Source: Pseudovirgaria hyperparasitica
Lineage: Eukaryota
Length of the DNA stretch: 64,000 nucleotides
NCBI GenBank assembly: GCA_010093815.1
Contig: ML996574.1
Reading direction: 5' to 3' (one strand)
Shown here piece by piece: positions 25,179 to 37,381 of the stretch (its first letter is position 1; the number at the start of each line of letters is the position of its first letter). The notes under the pieces are model-generated. The model did no database searches. It was not told the DNA's origin and was given only the letters and a program-made list of their open reading frames with translations. A program made the position numbers and the translations under genes.

Positions 25179-27677
25179 ATGGCGCAACAGCCAGGCTGGA
25201 TTCCGCCTCACCTTCGCGTGATTCAGGCGGCCCAGCAAGCTCGCAAGGAGCAAGAGAAGCTTTCGCAGTCGATTCCATCCCATCTTCGAGACAAGCCGAG
25301 CAATGACTACGGTGTACCTGTTGCTGTCAAGGTTCCTCCTGTCAGAGCTCATCAAGCCACTACAAGCAAATTCGTTCCACCTCATCTTCGAAAAAAGATC
25401 CACAACGATCACGGTAATTCTGTGACTGCTGAGACCAATAGTTTGCCTATTCCAGTTGCTACCGAGATGCAGTCTTCTCAGTCGATCCAACCTCTTCTTG
25501 CTAGCAATTGCCCAAACCATGGTTTGACAGCCCCTCCTACCAACAGCGCTCCGTCCGTTCAGGTTGCGGAAAAGCCGCAGCCATCCGGATACATACCACC
25601 TCATCTTCGCCATAAAGCCCGGCAAGCTGCCGTCAAGACTCCAGCTCTAGCAGCAGAGCCTCCGGTACAGCGCAAGAAGTGGGTCATTGAGCCTCTGTGA
25701 GTTTCAACATGTTCGCTTTTCTTTTCAATGCTGATCGACATAGACGCAACAAATCACCCTCTCCTGTCACATCTTCAGTGCCTCCGCTTGCACCCGAGCC
25801 TGATTCTGTTTCCCCTTCGCCCGAATCTGCTACCAGCCCTTCACAACTGCCACCTCACCTCCGCTACACGACTCAGCAGGGCGCGATCAAGACCACAGCA
25901 CCCGTAGTGAAGCCCCCAGTCCAGCGCAAGAAGTGGGTGGATGAGCCTCTGTAAGTCCTAGCGAATGAACCTTCATTCTCGAAAATACTCATCGAAGCAG
26001 TTACAACAACACGACACCTTCGCGTACAAGACCACCAATGAGGCATCCGCTTTCTCCTAAACGTGAGCCTGGCACAAGTTCCTCAGTAGAGCAACTTGCC
26101 AGCAACAAGACATCAGCGAAGAAGACTGGCACTACTGCACTCACGTCCCCAACTCAACACAAAACTGTCAACTTGGATGCTGTCTATCGTGGGTGGGCAA
26201 ACCGTAGGTCTGAAGAGAAGAAACAGCCTGTACATGTCAAGAAAACCGCTCGAGAGAAACGCGGGTGGCCCAAGAATCCTAGGCCGCGAGTTAAGACTCC
26301 CGACAGCAATGCTTGGGGATCTGGCGACTGGGAAAAGCCAAATCCTGGAGGTGTCGAGATCGAAGTCCATGGCGGTCAAGATCCTGATTATGATATTCGC
26401 CAACTCACTGACTGGAATGGCGACTGGCTTCCTGCACCAGTTGAATGGGAGAACCGTCGAGGCTTTCGTCACCGTGGTGGAAATTTCTCTCAGTGGATGC
26501 ACACCTGGGGGACCGATCATGCCAACAACCACAAAGTCGCAGTCATTCCTCTTTACCCTCACGATGGTCCTGTTGTTCATCCAGACTGGTTTCCCAAGGT
26601 CATTGACGAGCAGTCGCCACAAACTTTTTGGGACTCCTTCTGTAGATCTGCCCCGGAGCCGACTTGGGAAGAGGATCTTGCATGGAAGCCTTGGTGGTTG
26701 ACCATCATCGATGGTATCTTCATTCCTACCCCCGAGCAGCCAAGTGACAAAATGTCTCCGGAAGAAGAGCTCGACTATGCACAGAATAACACTTTCGGGC
26801 TCCACAGCGATGGAGCTGCTGAGTGGTACGCCACCAAAGAAAAGCTGAAGCACATTGAGAAGAAAAAGAAGAGAGCAGAGATGAAAGAAAAGAGGAAAGA
26901 GTCGATGGAATTGTTGAAGACCTACCAAATCCAGGTCCCAGACAGATCTATCAAGCCGGAGCTCAACATCTATCTTCGCCCGATGAAAGCTTCAGACATT
27001 CCCCAGGTCACGAAGATTTACAATTGGCATCAAGAGCATAGTGTCTCACCACCGGAAGTTGACCCTGTTCCTCTACGAATCATGCAAGACCGTATTGCAA
27101 GCATTGAGCAAGCTCATTTCCCCCTCATTGTCGCTGTTGAGAAGGTCGCATCCAAGAAGTCCAGGTATGGTGAATTTGCTCTTACAGAGAACATTGCTGG
27201 CTACGCATACGTCGATGACTACCACTCCCGAGCTGGAATGCACCGCTACACTGGAGAGATTGATGTCTACGTTCGCCATGATTGTCGTCGCAAACTAGTC
27301 GGTACTTGCCTCATGGACAAACTTATGTCGCTTGTTGATCCCGGCTTTGACGAACGAGGAGGCTACGATTGGCGTAGCGGAGAAGACTCGACCGGCCAAT
27401 ACATGCGCGGTGGTCGTCGTATGATGGGCAAGATGATGATCAGAGTCGGCTACTTTGATGGCGATGTCCCCGGCTATGAACGTGCGGAGAAATTCCTGAA
27501 TCAATTCAACTTCACCATATGTGGCAATGAAGAGAAAGTTGGTGCCAAGGACGGTCGATTGTAAGTAACCTTGAGCAAATCTCAGATGACCTACTGATAT
27601 CATATAGCACCAATGTTGCTCCTTTCCAGTACACGACCAGCTACATTACCACGAATCTCCTGAACCCAACGTACTAG
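25179..27677 (+). CDS. GNAT-family (PAT/YncA-like) acetyltransferase with long disordered N-terminus carrying xPPHLR repeats; exons 25179-25696, 25744-25950, 26001-27560, 27608-27677
   Basis: C-terminal LRPMKASDIPQVTKIYNW...GYAY...RYTGEIDVYV...RRKLVGTCLMDKLM; three GT-AG introns keep the frame. Confidence 0.8.
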
Positions 27678-27809
27678 ACGCAAGTCCGCTCGACTATGAT
27701 ACAGCAGAATGCAACTGCCAGTGTAAATCCATACAGTGTCGTCATTTCTGCCGAAGCTATCGATGTACACCAAACTTGCCTACAGGAAACCTCATACGTC
27801 GAAAATTGG

Positions 27810-27934
27810 GCAGAAGGAAACTGCCAGCACAAATCCACTCGAGCAGAAGGAAACTGCCAGTACAAATCCATTCGAGCAGAAGGAAACTGCTAGTACAAAT
27901 CCACTTGAGCAGAAGGAAACTGCCAGTACAAATC
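27810..27934. repeat. 33-bp tandem repeat, about 3.8 copies
   Basis: Unit GCAGAAGGAAACTGCCAGTACAAATCCACTCGA with a few C/T differences; a degenerate copy lies at about 27704-27734. Confidence 0.9.
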
Positions 27935-30900
27935 TAAGGTGTCATGGAAAGACACCTTCGAACGATTTCACGGCTCTTCGCTGTGTAGACACATCCGGAG
28001 TTCTCTGCATACCCCTTGTCATATACCCATTTCATTCGTACCATTCCCTAGCACCGACTTCCCTCTTGCTTCTTTCTTTACTATATCTTGTCTTCACATC
28101 TGGATATTCTCCTTGGCGATCATCACTCACCTCACACATGAAAGAGGTGGACTTTATTCCATCCGGCGCATTATGCTGGCTGCTAGCAGGCAATTTGCCG
28201 GCTCTTTAGAGTCTAGCTTCGGTATACTCAGCGCACTAGAGAGAAGAATATGTCTCTTTGTTTCTTGGCAGCATGGGCCGAAGCGACAAAATACTGTACA
28301 CTAGGAAGGGTTAGAAAAATGAAACTGCATGTACCACTGACTTTTCTTGTTTGGTGGTGGTGATAATGATTGCCTAATGGCCTTTGCACTGTGAGAAGCT
28401 GGCAGTGATGTTTGGAATTTGTGAAGAGAGACGCCAAAAGTTGTGATGATTATGCAATATGACCAGCATGTTGAGTGGAAACCCTGTCTTGCCTCCTCTA
28501 TTTAAGTGAGTAATAGCTAGGAGCTCATTAATGAGTGCACACTCTGTCTTGCCTCATCTGTGTCAGTCATAGTTCATAGTCACAAGTATGGATGGATAGG
28601 TAACGAAAACGAAACGCTCACGACGGTCACGACGAGTACGCCGCTCACCACAGAGTAGATAGTCGCCAGCTAACTACACACAACACACAACAAGTCATAC
28701 TCAACACATACACAAAGTCACAAAGTCACGAGTCAAGCGCAGCCTGTGTATGTGTCTGTGTGCTTCCATTATGCTATGCGCATCCCGTAGTATGTATCGT
28801 AGTTTCTCAAAATCCTAAAGTGGGTCTGGCATGGCAAGGGAGGGTCGTGGGATGTATTTTGTAATGCTGGTTTCATGTATGTATATTTGTTTGACTCGCG
28901 GTTTGGGAGGAGTCTTGGAATTATCTAATTCTACGTGTGGGGGAAAGTGAATCCTACGTCAGGGTCTATCGACTACCGAGTACGTACTATAGGTGGTAAT
29001 ACTTGTGTAGGATGCGCCGTCGGAATGACTGTGGAGACGGAACTACTTGAGACGCTTGAGATAATAATCTATTTGGGACATTTGCTCTTTCGGGTCGCTG
29101 GGTGGGTTGGTATTATGAGTGGTAAAACTGGAGGGCGAACAAAAGTCATGTTCGTGTGTGTATGAGCGGGTCCAATAATATCTGACATGATTCACGGAAG
29201 AATGCAGTGGTACATACCTGCTGAAACTGACGCTTTTCGCGAGCGGTGATGTGGGAGAATCGTCTAGTCGCCTTGAAGTGCTTCAGCAAGCCTCGTTGTC
29301 GGCCTTGAAACTGGACGACTGCATCATTTTCGCTACAATATCTCATCAAGGCTGATAGTAGTGTTTTGTTTCGAGACAAGAATAGCATTGAATGGATGGC
29401 ATGTCACCAGGTTATGCGCCTGACAGTCAGTCTCTTCTCGGGCCTGGCCGCCATTCGGTCCGAATCGCAAAACGTGGGCGCAAACATCTCTTCCTGGACT
29501 TCAGCCAGGCGTCTCGCGCAATGCGCATTACAATAGGCAGAAGACGCCTCAGAAACACCAAGTCCATGCCGTGGGCAGGGGCAACGTCCTATTATATTCT
29601 ACTCTGCTTGAAGCATTGGCCCTCATCTCGGGTTGTGTCACCGTGGTCATGCAGCGTAACCGCGCCATTCAGTGTACGCAAAAAGGGCGAGTTGCCAGAG
29701 TACCGACATCTATGGATCAGTTTCGCCGGTCGGAGCTATATCTGATCTGATATATTAGATGGTTTCTCGGAGCAAACGGTCGTCCATCGCCAGGAGCACG
29801 AACGCGCTATCGTTTAGGCTTCGTTCTAGTTTATGCACCGCGACTAGCTGCCGCCACCCCGGCAAGCCACCATAGAGGTTTCAGGTGGTGTAGGAGAGTA
29901 GAGTCGTGTGAGTGAGGTGTGAGGACGAGAACAGTGCTGTGAAGGACGAAGACGTGTCTGATGTCTCTTTTAACAGTCTGCTGACCCTAGAGAGAGAGGT
30001 GTTTGAGTGGCTGACCTGCTTGGAAGGGTGTGGCAGTGAGTGACGCAAAAGGGCCTTTAAGCCACGCACCGGCAGCCTATCGCAGGCACGCGACACGGCA
30101 TGATGAAACAAGAGCGACGAGGATGGGAAAGGCGAGGTGTTTTGCGTTGGAAACGAATCAAAGGAGATGGTGATGATGGTTTGGCGGAGCTGGAGTGGAG
30201 TTTAGTGGGTGTTTGGCGTTTCCAGTGCAGCGAAACGCCTGCAGCCACTGCCTATCGATCCACCTGCCCGGACCCCGCCAGAGCTCGAGCTTCACCAAAT
30301 CCTTTTCTTCAACATCATGCACCCCCCCGTTCTTCCTCTCCTCCATTCATTCTCGAGCTTCTGGCTCTCTCTATCTCTCTCTCTTCATCATTCGGGGGGT
30401 GTGTGTGTCTCTGTATGTCTGTGTGTGCTTCCTTCCACTTTTCTATTCTTCCGATCTGCGTTTCACGAGTCAATCGGGTCTTTCTGTCCAATTGATTTGG
30501 ACTTCTTCTATCCGAGCCCGCCGTAGTCGATCTACTCCTTACTCGAGCGTTGATCTCAATACCAAGCCGACGCTCCCCTCTGTCCAGAGCTCAAACTTCA
30601 TATACTCTTCTCTATCCTCCGTTATCTGTTTGTGGGGATTTCGGCTTTTCTTCTCTCATTCTCTGGATATACCTTCCCTGCCATTCACTTCAGTTTCGGG
30701 TATAGCTCGCACAGTGCCAGATTCACCTACCGCCATCTTTGCTGGATCAGGAGCTGGCAAGATCTGGACGCTGTCTCTTCACAATACCTGACAACATTAC
30801 ATGCCCAGTACATTGTCATGCTCTACCAAAGGTAGCCACTCTGCCACTCGCTCATTGTGCAGTGAAGCCCTTCCTCTCTGAACAACGCATACCTCGCGAG

Positions 30901-31096
30901 CGAGAACGACTATTCAAATCAACCTTGATTTCTTCGTACAAATCTTCCTATCCTTTCTGGCACCCCTACATACCGAAAACGACTCCAGGCATTCCACAGT
31001 GCTCACTCCTTCAATCACACTCACTACCAACAATTGTCCACAGGCCTTCCACCTCCTCAAACACACGGATCCGGTCCTTGGACCGCGCTGGTCGCA

Positions 31097-32962
31097 ATGA
31101 TTCCTAACAAGGCAGAAGATAATCTGCTATGGGTCTTGGATGAAGCTATCCCCGACCTCAGCAAGCGGGCAGGAGACCACCCTAGTTTCGCAAACGTCTC
31201 CGACCTGTTTTCCTTTGCACATGGCTTGGCGGGAGTAGATCAAATTGGCAACTATCGGTGGACATACGTCCTACTTCTGTCTTTTACTCTCGTCTGCTTC
31301 ATCACATTGATATTACGAATCCACCAAATGATACAATCACATATTCGACATCTGGCTGCTACAACACACCCCGGTAAAGAGGGAAAGAACAAGCAAAACT
31401 TTTGGAAAACGAATGAGAATTGGTACTGGGCGAAGCTGAAGAAACATTTGTTTTATGCGCCTCTCTGGAAAAATCGCCATAATCGAGAATGGCAGTTGTC
31501 ATCGGCGATCAACATGGGTACTCTGCCATCCAGGTTCCACATGGTGCTTTTGGTACTATACTTCGGGTCGAACCTTGCCTACTGTCTAATCCTGCCGTAT
31601 CACGAGCAAGAAAAAGCGATAATAATGGCATCGCTTCGTGGAAGGTCTGGGACACTTGCCGCCGTCAACCTGATACCTACCATCCTTTTCGCGTTGCGAA
31701 ACAACCCCTTGATCTGGCTACTGCACGTCAGCTACGACACGTTCAACCTACTCCACCGGTGGGCCGCGAGAATAGTTGTAATCGAGACAGTGGTGCACAC
31801 CGTTGCCTGGTTTATCAACACATACCGCGCAGGTAAATGGGAGCAACTCAGCGATACGCTTGCCACCACGCCCTCCTATCAGTGGGGCTTAGTTGGCACA
31901 GTCATGTTTGTGTCCCTTTTTTTCACCGCTTGGTCTCCCGTACGCCACGCGTTTTACGAGACTTTCCTTAACACTCATCGCCTCTTTGCGGCTGTCGGTA
32001 TTGCCGGCGTGTACGTCCACCTCGATCTGCACCGCCTTCCTCAGGTCCCGTGGATGTGGATTGTCCTATTGTTTTATGGCAGTGAATGGTTCATTCGGAT
32101 ATACCAAATCATCTACAACAGCATCGCGACCCGAGCTACCACGAGTATCACTGTCGAAGCCCTACCGTTCGAGGCCAGCCGCGTGACCGTCAAGCTGGTT
32201 CGTCCCTGGCATCCGAAGCCTGGGTGCCACGCTCATATCTATGTCCCAGCGATAGCCCTCTGGAGCTCACATCCCTTCTCGATAGCATGGACCCACCCTG
32301 AAGGTACAGCAGACGACAAAGAGAAGATGGATGTCGAAAGCTTGATCGGTCGACGCACGACTACTCACACCATCTCTTTCATCTGCAGAGCCAGAGAAGG
32401 TATGACCCGCAAGCTTTATGAGAAGGCTGCCAACCAGCCAAACCACATCTGGCATACATGGGGCGCCGTTGAAGGCCCATACGGTGGCCACGACAAACTT
32501 AATTCGTACGGCACGATAATGCTATTTGCTGGCGGTGTCGGCATCACGCATCAAATAAACTTCGTCCAAGAAATGATCAAAGGCTACGAAGAAGGAATAG
32601 TCGCATGCAAAAAGCTGATCCTCGTCTGGACGATACCGAAGGTCGAATGCTGCGACTGGATAAAGCCATGGATGGACCAGATATTAAGGATGCCAGGGCG
32701 GAGAGATATTCTCAAAATCATGGTGTTCATCTCTAAACCGAACAACGCTATAGAGGTCGTGAGTCCATCGGAGAGCGTCAGGATGTTCCCGGGTCGCTGC
32801 GATCCGCAGAGACTCATTGACAAAGAGATCCGAGAACGCGATGGTGCCATGGCAGTCACTGTCTGCGGACCAGGTGTCTTTGCCGACAGTGTACGGGCAG
32901 CCGTGCGAAATCGTGTCGACGTTGGCGTCATTGATTTCATCGAGGAGGCCTTCTCATACTGA
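31097..32962 (+). CDS. Ferric/cupric reductase transmembrane component (FRE family), intronless
   Basis: Several TM helices with heme His residues (LLHRW, VVHT, THRL, YVHL), FAD motif HPFSIAW, NADPH motifs EGPYG, FAGGVGIT, VCGPG and terminal EEAFSY. First ATG at 31097; the frame is open from the TTG at 31034. Confidence 0.9.
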   Translation: MIPNKAEDNLLWVLDEAIPDLSKRAGDHPSFANVSDLFSFAHGLAGVDQIGNYRWTYVLLLSFTLVCFITLILRIHQMIQSHIRHLAATTHPGKEGKNKQNFWKTNENWYWAKLKKHLFYAPLWKNRHNREWQLSSAINMGTLPSRFHMVLLVLYFGSNLAYCLILPYHEQEKAIIMASLRGRSGTLAAVNLIPTILFALRNNPLIWLLHVSYDTFNLLHRWAARIVVIETVVHTVAWFINTYRAGKWEQLSDTLATTPSYQWGLVGTVMFVSLFFTAWSPVRHAFYETFLNTHRLFAAVGIAGVYVHLDLHRLPQVPWMWIVLLFYGSEWFIRIYQIIYNSIATRATTSITVEALPFEASRVTVKLVRPWHPKPGCHAHIYVPAIALWSSHPFSIAWTHPEGTADDKEKMDVESLIGRRTTTHTISFICRAREGMTRKLYEKAANQPNHIWHTWGAVEGPYGGHDKLNSYGTIMLFAGGVGITHQINFVQEMIKGYEEGIVACKKLILVWTIPKVECCDWIKPWMDQILRMPGRRDILKIMVFISKPNNAIEVVSPSESVRMFPGRCDPQRLIDKEIRERDGAMAVTVCGPGVFADSVRAAVRNRVDVGVIDFIEEAFSY

Positions 32963-33339
32963 TCGCCGTCACTCTTAACACCTCGCTACTGTAGCAGTTT
33001 TTTCCTTTGCGCATATACCACATTTTTCTACCTTTGCAGTAATCGCAGCATGCACAGGCGTCACGACGCGTTTCCTTCACATCACATCACATGGCATCTC
33101 TTGCATAGCATCCATCCAGCACGATGGCCTTTGTATATATGATATAGCATAGCATCTCACATAGATGGCGGGCATTAGTAAAAAGTCGCATATAATTGCC
33201 CCAGGAAATATATCTCGAATACTGAACATTCCACAGCGGAACCGTGATAAGTGTGATAGCACATGTATTCTCTACTACTCATATCCTTGTGAAATCGTTT
33301 TACGTTGAGCGGTCTATGTACTTTTTACCTATCTTCTGG

Positions 33340-35600
33340 ATGTATAACTGCGTAAGGTTGAGTAGACTATATGCTTTTTTCCTAGTCTATATATACATAG
33401 CTACGTAAAGTTGATTAGTCTATACCGTTTCTATTCTTTCCTAGCTTATATAGAGTTAAAAATCTTTAGAGTCTATCGATTTTCTAGAAATTATAACTGT
33501 TATGGACAGAGATGTCATGTCTTGGTCAAGTATTTATTGATTGCTCCTTTCCGGAATCTATGGCTTCTCTATATAGGACCTTCAGTCCGTGGTTCTTACC
33601 GATATCCATCTCCTTATTACCTTCCGTGACAGCTGCCCCCGATAACTCGAAACGACAATGCTTTCCTACGACGATGCTAAAGTCCTTCATTCTAGTAGAC
33701 TCGCTTTAGTTAGGTACTCGTGCAAGTACTACCCGAGGTTACTATCACCTATAAGGTAGTAGTAGAAGTATTTATAGTATCCCTATAGTATACTCCTCTA
33801 TAGCTTAGGTTCTTATACTTATATAGCTTCTATCGCCTTCGGGTTTATCGCTAATGCCTAAAGCCTATTATGAATTTCGAGGAGAGCGTCGAATTAGGTA
33901 TTAGGGTATTTAAATATACGATTTAGAACTATTCTTATTACTCTTATTTCTTTTATATTCATTTAATCTATTCGTAGTATTAGTATAGCTATAGAGATCT
34001 ATAACTATTCGTACGTACCGTTATCTTTTCTCGGCCAAGTCGAGTAAGCTACGGTAGTAGTAGTCGCGGATTTAGTAGATTCAGCAGAAGTAGAAATAGC
34101 GGTTTTAGCGGAAGTGGGAACTACGGATATTAGAATGACGACGGTATCTATATTTATAGTAGCGGCGCTCGCGAGACCTATGACGTCGGTCTCTACGATA
34201 TTTACGGCATTAGTTTCCACTATTAGAACTGCTATTAGATTATTAGCGGCGGCGGCACTTACGACGACGTTAATCTCTACGTTAGTTACGGTATTAGTTT
34301 CCACTATTAGAACGGTAGTGGCGGCGGCACTCGCGACGACGTCGATAATTACTTACGGGTCTTCTATTTAGATGTCTTCCGCGTCGTGAAATTCGCCTAC
34401 CGACTCTAAGTCGTCGGTATCCGCGAGGTTTGCGAATTACTATATTTATTCCTTAAACTCCTTAGAGACTGCTTCTTCACGATCGACCTCTGCTTCTTCG
34501 TACACGACTTCTACTTCTTTAGGCACGACTTCTACTACTATTTCTTTATACACGACCTCTATTAGGTCGTCGTTTATATCTATATCTAATTCCCTAAAGA
34601 GTGTCCCATCTCTTTACGTAAGTAGTAGGTCGAAACTGGATTTAATATGTTCCTGGTATCTTAGGATTACCTCTTCTATATCCTATGCACCGGCATTTAT
34701 CTCCCGATTCATTGTTTTCATAATACTATTCGGATGTTATGGATCTATTATAGTTCCTATGAATGCCCTTGTCCAATCTACGAGTTCTAGCGATACTCTA
34801 TTTAGATCTTTTTCTACGGGTGTAGTAGTTACTGCGGGCGTAGTAGTTACCGCGGGCGTAGCGGCTACGACTATTATAGCGATCTTTTGTGCAGCGATCT
34901 TTTGTGCCTCTGCTAAGAACCTTTTCAGAGCCTCTGTTGTAATTTCTCTTATCTGTGCTTCCATCTCTTTTTCGACCAAGACATGACATCTCTATCCATA
35001 ACAATAACCCTAAAGAACTACTAAAAGCTAAGTATTTTATATAATATATAGCTATTATCTAGTTATATAATATTTAGAAGTAGAGTAGTCTATATAATAT
35101 CTAGCTATAATAAGTCTATATAAAGTCTAGAAGCTAGATACTTTATAAAATTACTAGATATTAGAAGTCTATAAAACTTTTAAAAGTTAAGAATTTATCT
35201 ATTTTATAACTATTATATATCGATTAAACTTAAGATAAGCGGAATACTCTATAGGATATTTAGGTATTATATAGCTATATAACCTCTTAAAGAAGACTAG
35301 TCTATATAATTCCTCTATATCACTAGCTAGTGCAATCATTAGAAGTAGAAAGGTATATATATTTTTTCTATGCTCTCTATCTATATATTTATGAAACGCT
35401 GAACAGTCTATCCACTTCCGTCTATCCTCTGCCTATAAAATCATAAAATACTAAGCAGTCTATACAATATAGACATGTCCTCTACCTATGTAATAAGTTA
35501 AACCTAAGCTGTCTATACATCTTACGTCTGTTCTCTACCGATAGAATCATATAATACCAAGCAGTCTATCTATATTTCCCTATCTCTATACCCACATATC
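33340..35600 (-). pseudogene. AT/TpA-rich, RIP-like degraded region containing an interrupted minus-strand coding relic (about 33527-35000)
   Basis: Abrupt rise in AT and TpA with scarce CpA/TpG. The minus-strand reading VEKEMEAQIREITTEALKRFLAEAQK...DP*HPNSIMKTMNREINAGA*DIEEVILRYQ... is broken by TAA/TAG stops. Confidence 0.65.
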
Positions 35601-35803
35601 ACAAAGAACGCAAACACTCAAAGCTGAAAAATGGTATGAATTGTGAAGGGTCCCACCCTCCCGTTCACCCTGCAGCCGAATTTTGCAGTCCCTCTATGTA
35701 CAAAAACGCGCTGTGGTATCTAAAACAGGAAAAAAAGCGCTATGCTACGCTACAGTAAACCCCCAAAACCGGAAACCCCGACGCTGCGACCTGCGCTTGC
35801 CCG

Positions 35804-36364
35804 TCAGAGGCTCCATACCGTCTCCCACTCCTCCTCTTCCTCCTCCTCTTCTTCCTCCTCCTTCTCCTCCTCCTCCATCTCTACGTCCTCACAGGACGAC
35901 GCCTCTCCACCCCAGCTCTCCGTCCCGTTCCACACCAGACACAACGTCCCCTCTGGGACCACCTCCTCCTCGTCCTCTTCCTCCTCCTTTTCGACCGCCA
36001 CCGCCGCGGTCCCCCGGATCATCTTGATCCCCATCTCCTCCCTCCAATCCACCATCTTCACCTCCCCTTCCTCCTCCTCGTCCTCCTCGCCCTCCTCCAT
36101 CTCCCACTCTCCCTCTCCCTCATCCATCTCCACATCCACACCCTCATCCCCCCACCCGGGGATCATACAGAACACAACCGCCTTGCACCTCTCCTCCATC
36201 CACTCTCGCCGCTCACGCTCGCGCTTGAGTGCCCGGCGGTGTGCGGCGTCCGGGTCGTCGAGGGAGGCGGCGGTCTCGTGGGCGAAGGAGCTGGGGAGGG
36301 GGTCCGGGATGTAGTCCGGGACGTTGAAATGTTCGTAGGGGGTGTGGCGGGTGTAGTAGGCCAT
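35804..36364 (-). CDS. Hypothetical Glu-rich acidic protein
   Basis: 186-aa ORF with good start context (CAAACATGG), GC-rich third positions, an ordered N-terminus and poly-Glu tracts. Confidence 0.55.
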   Translation of the reverse strand: MAYYTRHTPYEHFNVPDYIPDPLPSSFAHETAASLDDPDAAHRRALKRERERREWMEERCKAVVFCMIPGWGDEGVDVEMDEGEGEWEMEEGEEDEEEEGEVKMVDWREEMGIKMIRGTAAVAVEKEEEEDEEEVVPEGTLCLVWNGTESWGGEASSCEDVEMEEEEKEEEEEEEEEEEWETVWSL

Positions 36365-36504
36365 GTTTGGTGTTTTTGGCCGGTGTTGTCTGCGAGAAAG
36401 AGGTAAGCATGTGAGGGGTGAAAAAGGGGGTCAGAAGGGGAACATACTGTAAATTAGTGGTGTGTGGGGGCTTTGGGTGCAGAATCCGGATAGACCGTTG
36501 ATTC

Positions 36505-36600
36505 TGTGGTGGTGGTGGTAGTAGTGGTAGTAGTAGTAGTGGTGGTGGTAGTAGTGGAGGTGGTAGTTGTTGTGGTGGTAGTGGTGGTTGTGGTAATGAT
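36505..36600. repeat. Compound (GTG/GTA/GTT)n trinucleotide microsatellite
   Basis: About 30 consecutive GTN triplets. Confidence 0.9.
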
Positions 36601-37381
36601 GATGAGGATGGCAGGGCTGAGTATTGACTGTGCCCAGGATGTGTGTGGAGAGAGAAAATGTGTTGTTGTGTGTGTGTGTGTTTGCTGAATTGAAGATATG
36701 TGTGGCTGTGCCAAATCTGCTAGTGCGTATTTTGTGAATTGCAAGTGTGGCTGTGCAGATTTGGATGTAGAGAAGATAGTTTTGCTTTCAGATTTAGAAG
36801 GGAAGAATTAGATACTTATGGAGGCTTGTAGCTATGAGGAACTGTGCGGAAGACCTATGGGTCCATGGAGGTGCGCGGAATAAAGTGAACCAAGGGTCGC
36901 GCACACCGTTGTGCTGCAATGGGTAAGGGATCGTTGTTTTTACGTATATGCTGGATGGGCAGGAAGTCTGCGGATCCAGGAACGGTATGGTATTGTAGAT
37001 TAAAGTGGGCTGCTCGAGTGTGATTAGATTGTCGATTGTCTCTTATCGCCTTGGGGAGCTGGTGGTGGATTGGGTGCTCGTAGGATAGGGGGCCTGGGCA
37101 GGGTAAAAAGGGATAAGGAGCGCGTTCTGTGAGGAGGAATTGAACTGCAATGCGAGTCACATGGATAGTTGACGGTATGTAGGTAGCGAAGCGATGGAAT
37201 CAATTCAAGTATCTACGAGATAGACATACAGCTGACACTACTGACACCCGTCTTTCGTCCCATGTCCTATTGCCTCTGAAATTGTGCCCACCCAGATCTC
37301 ACCACCACCACCACCACCCTGCCCACCAAGGCCGCAAAGCTGTCTTGTCTCTCTCGTGCCCTGTGGGGGCTTGGGGAGTCT

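Noticed and set aside
27810..27934. CRISPR-like appearance of 33-bp repeats
   Set aside because: Units are contiguous with no unique spacers, there are no cas genes and the context is eukaryotic.
36454..36744. Poly-Thr and poly-Val ORFs
   Set aside because: Translation products of the trinucleotide microsatellite.
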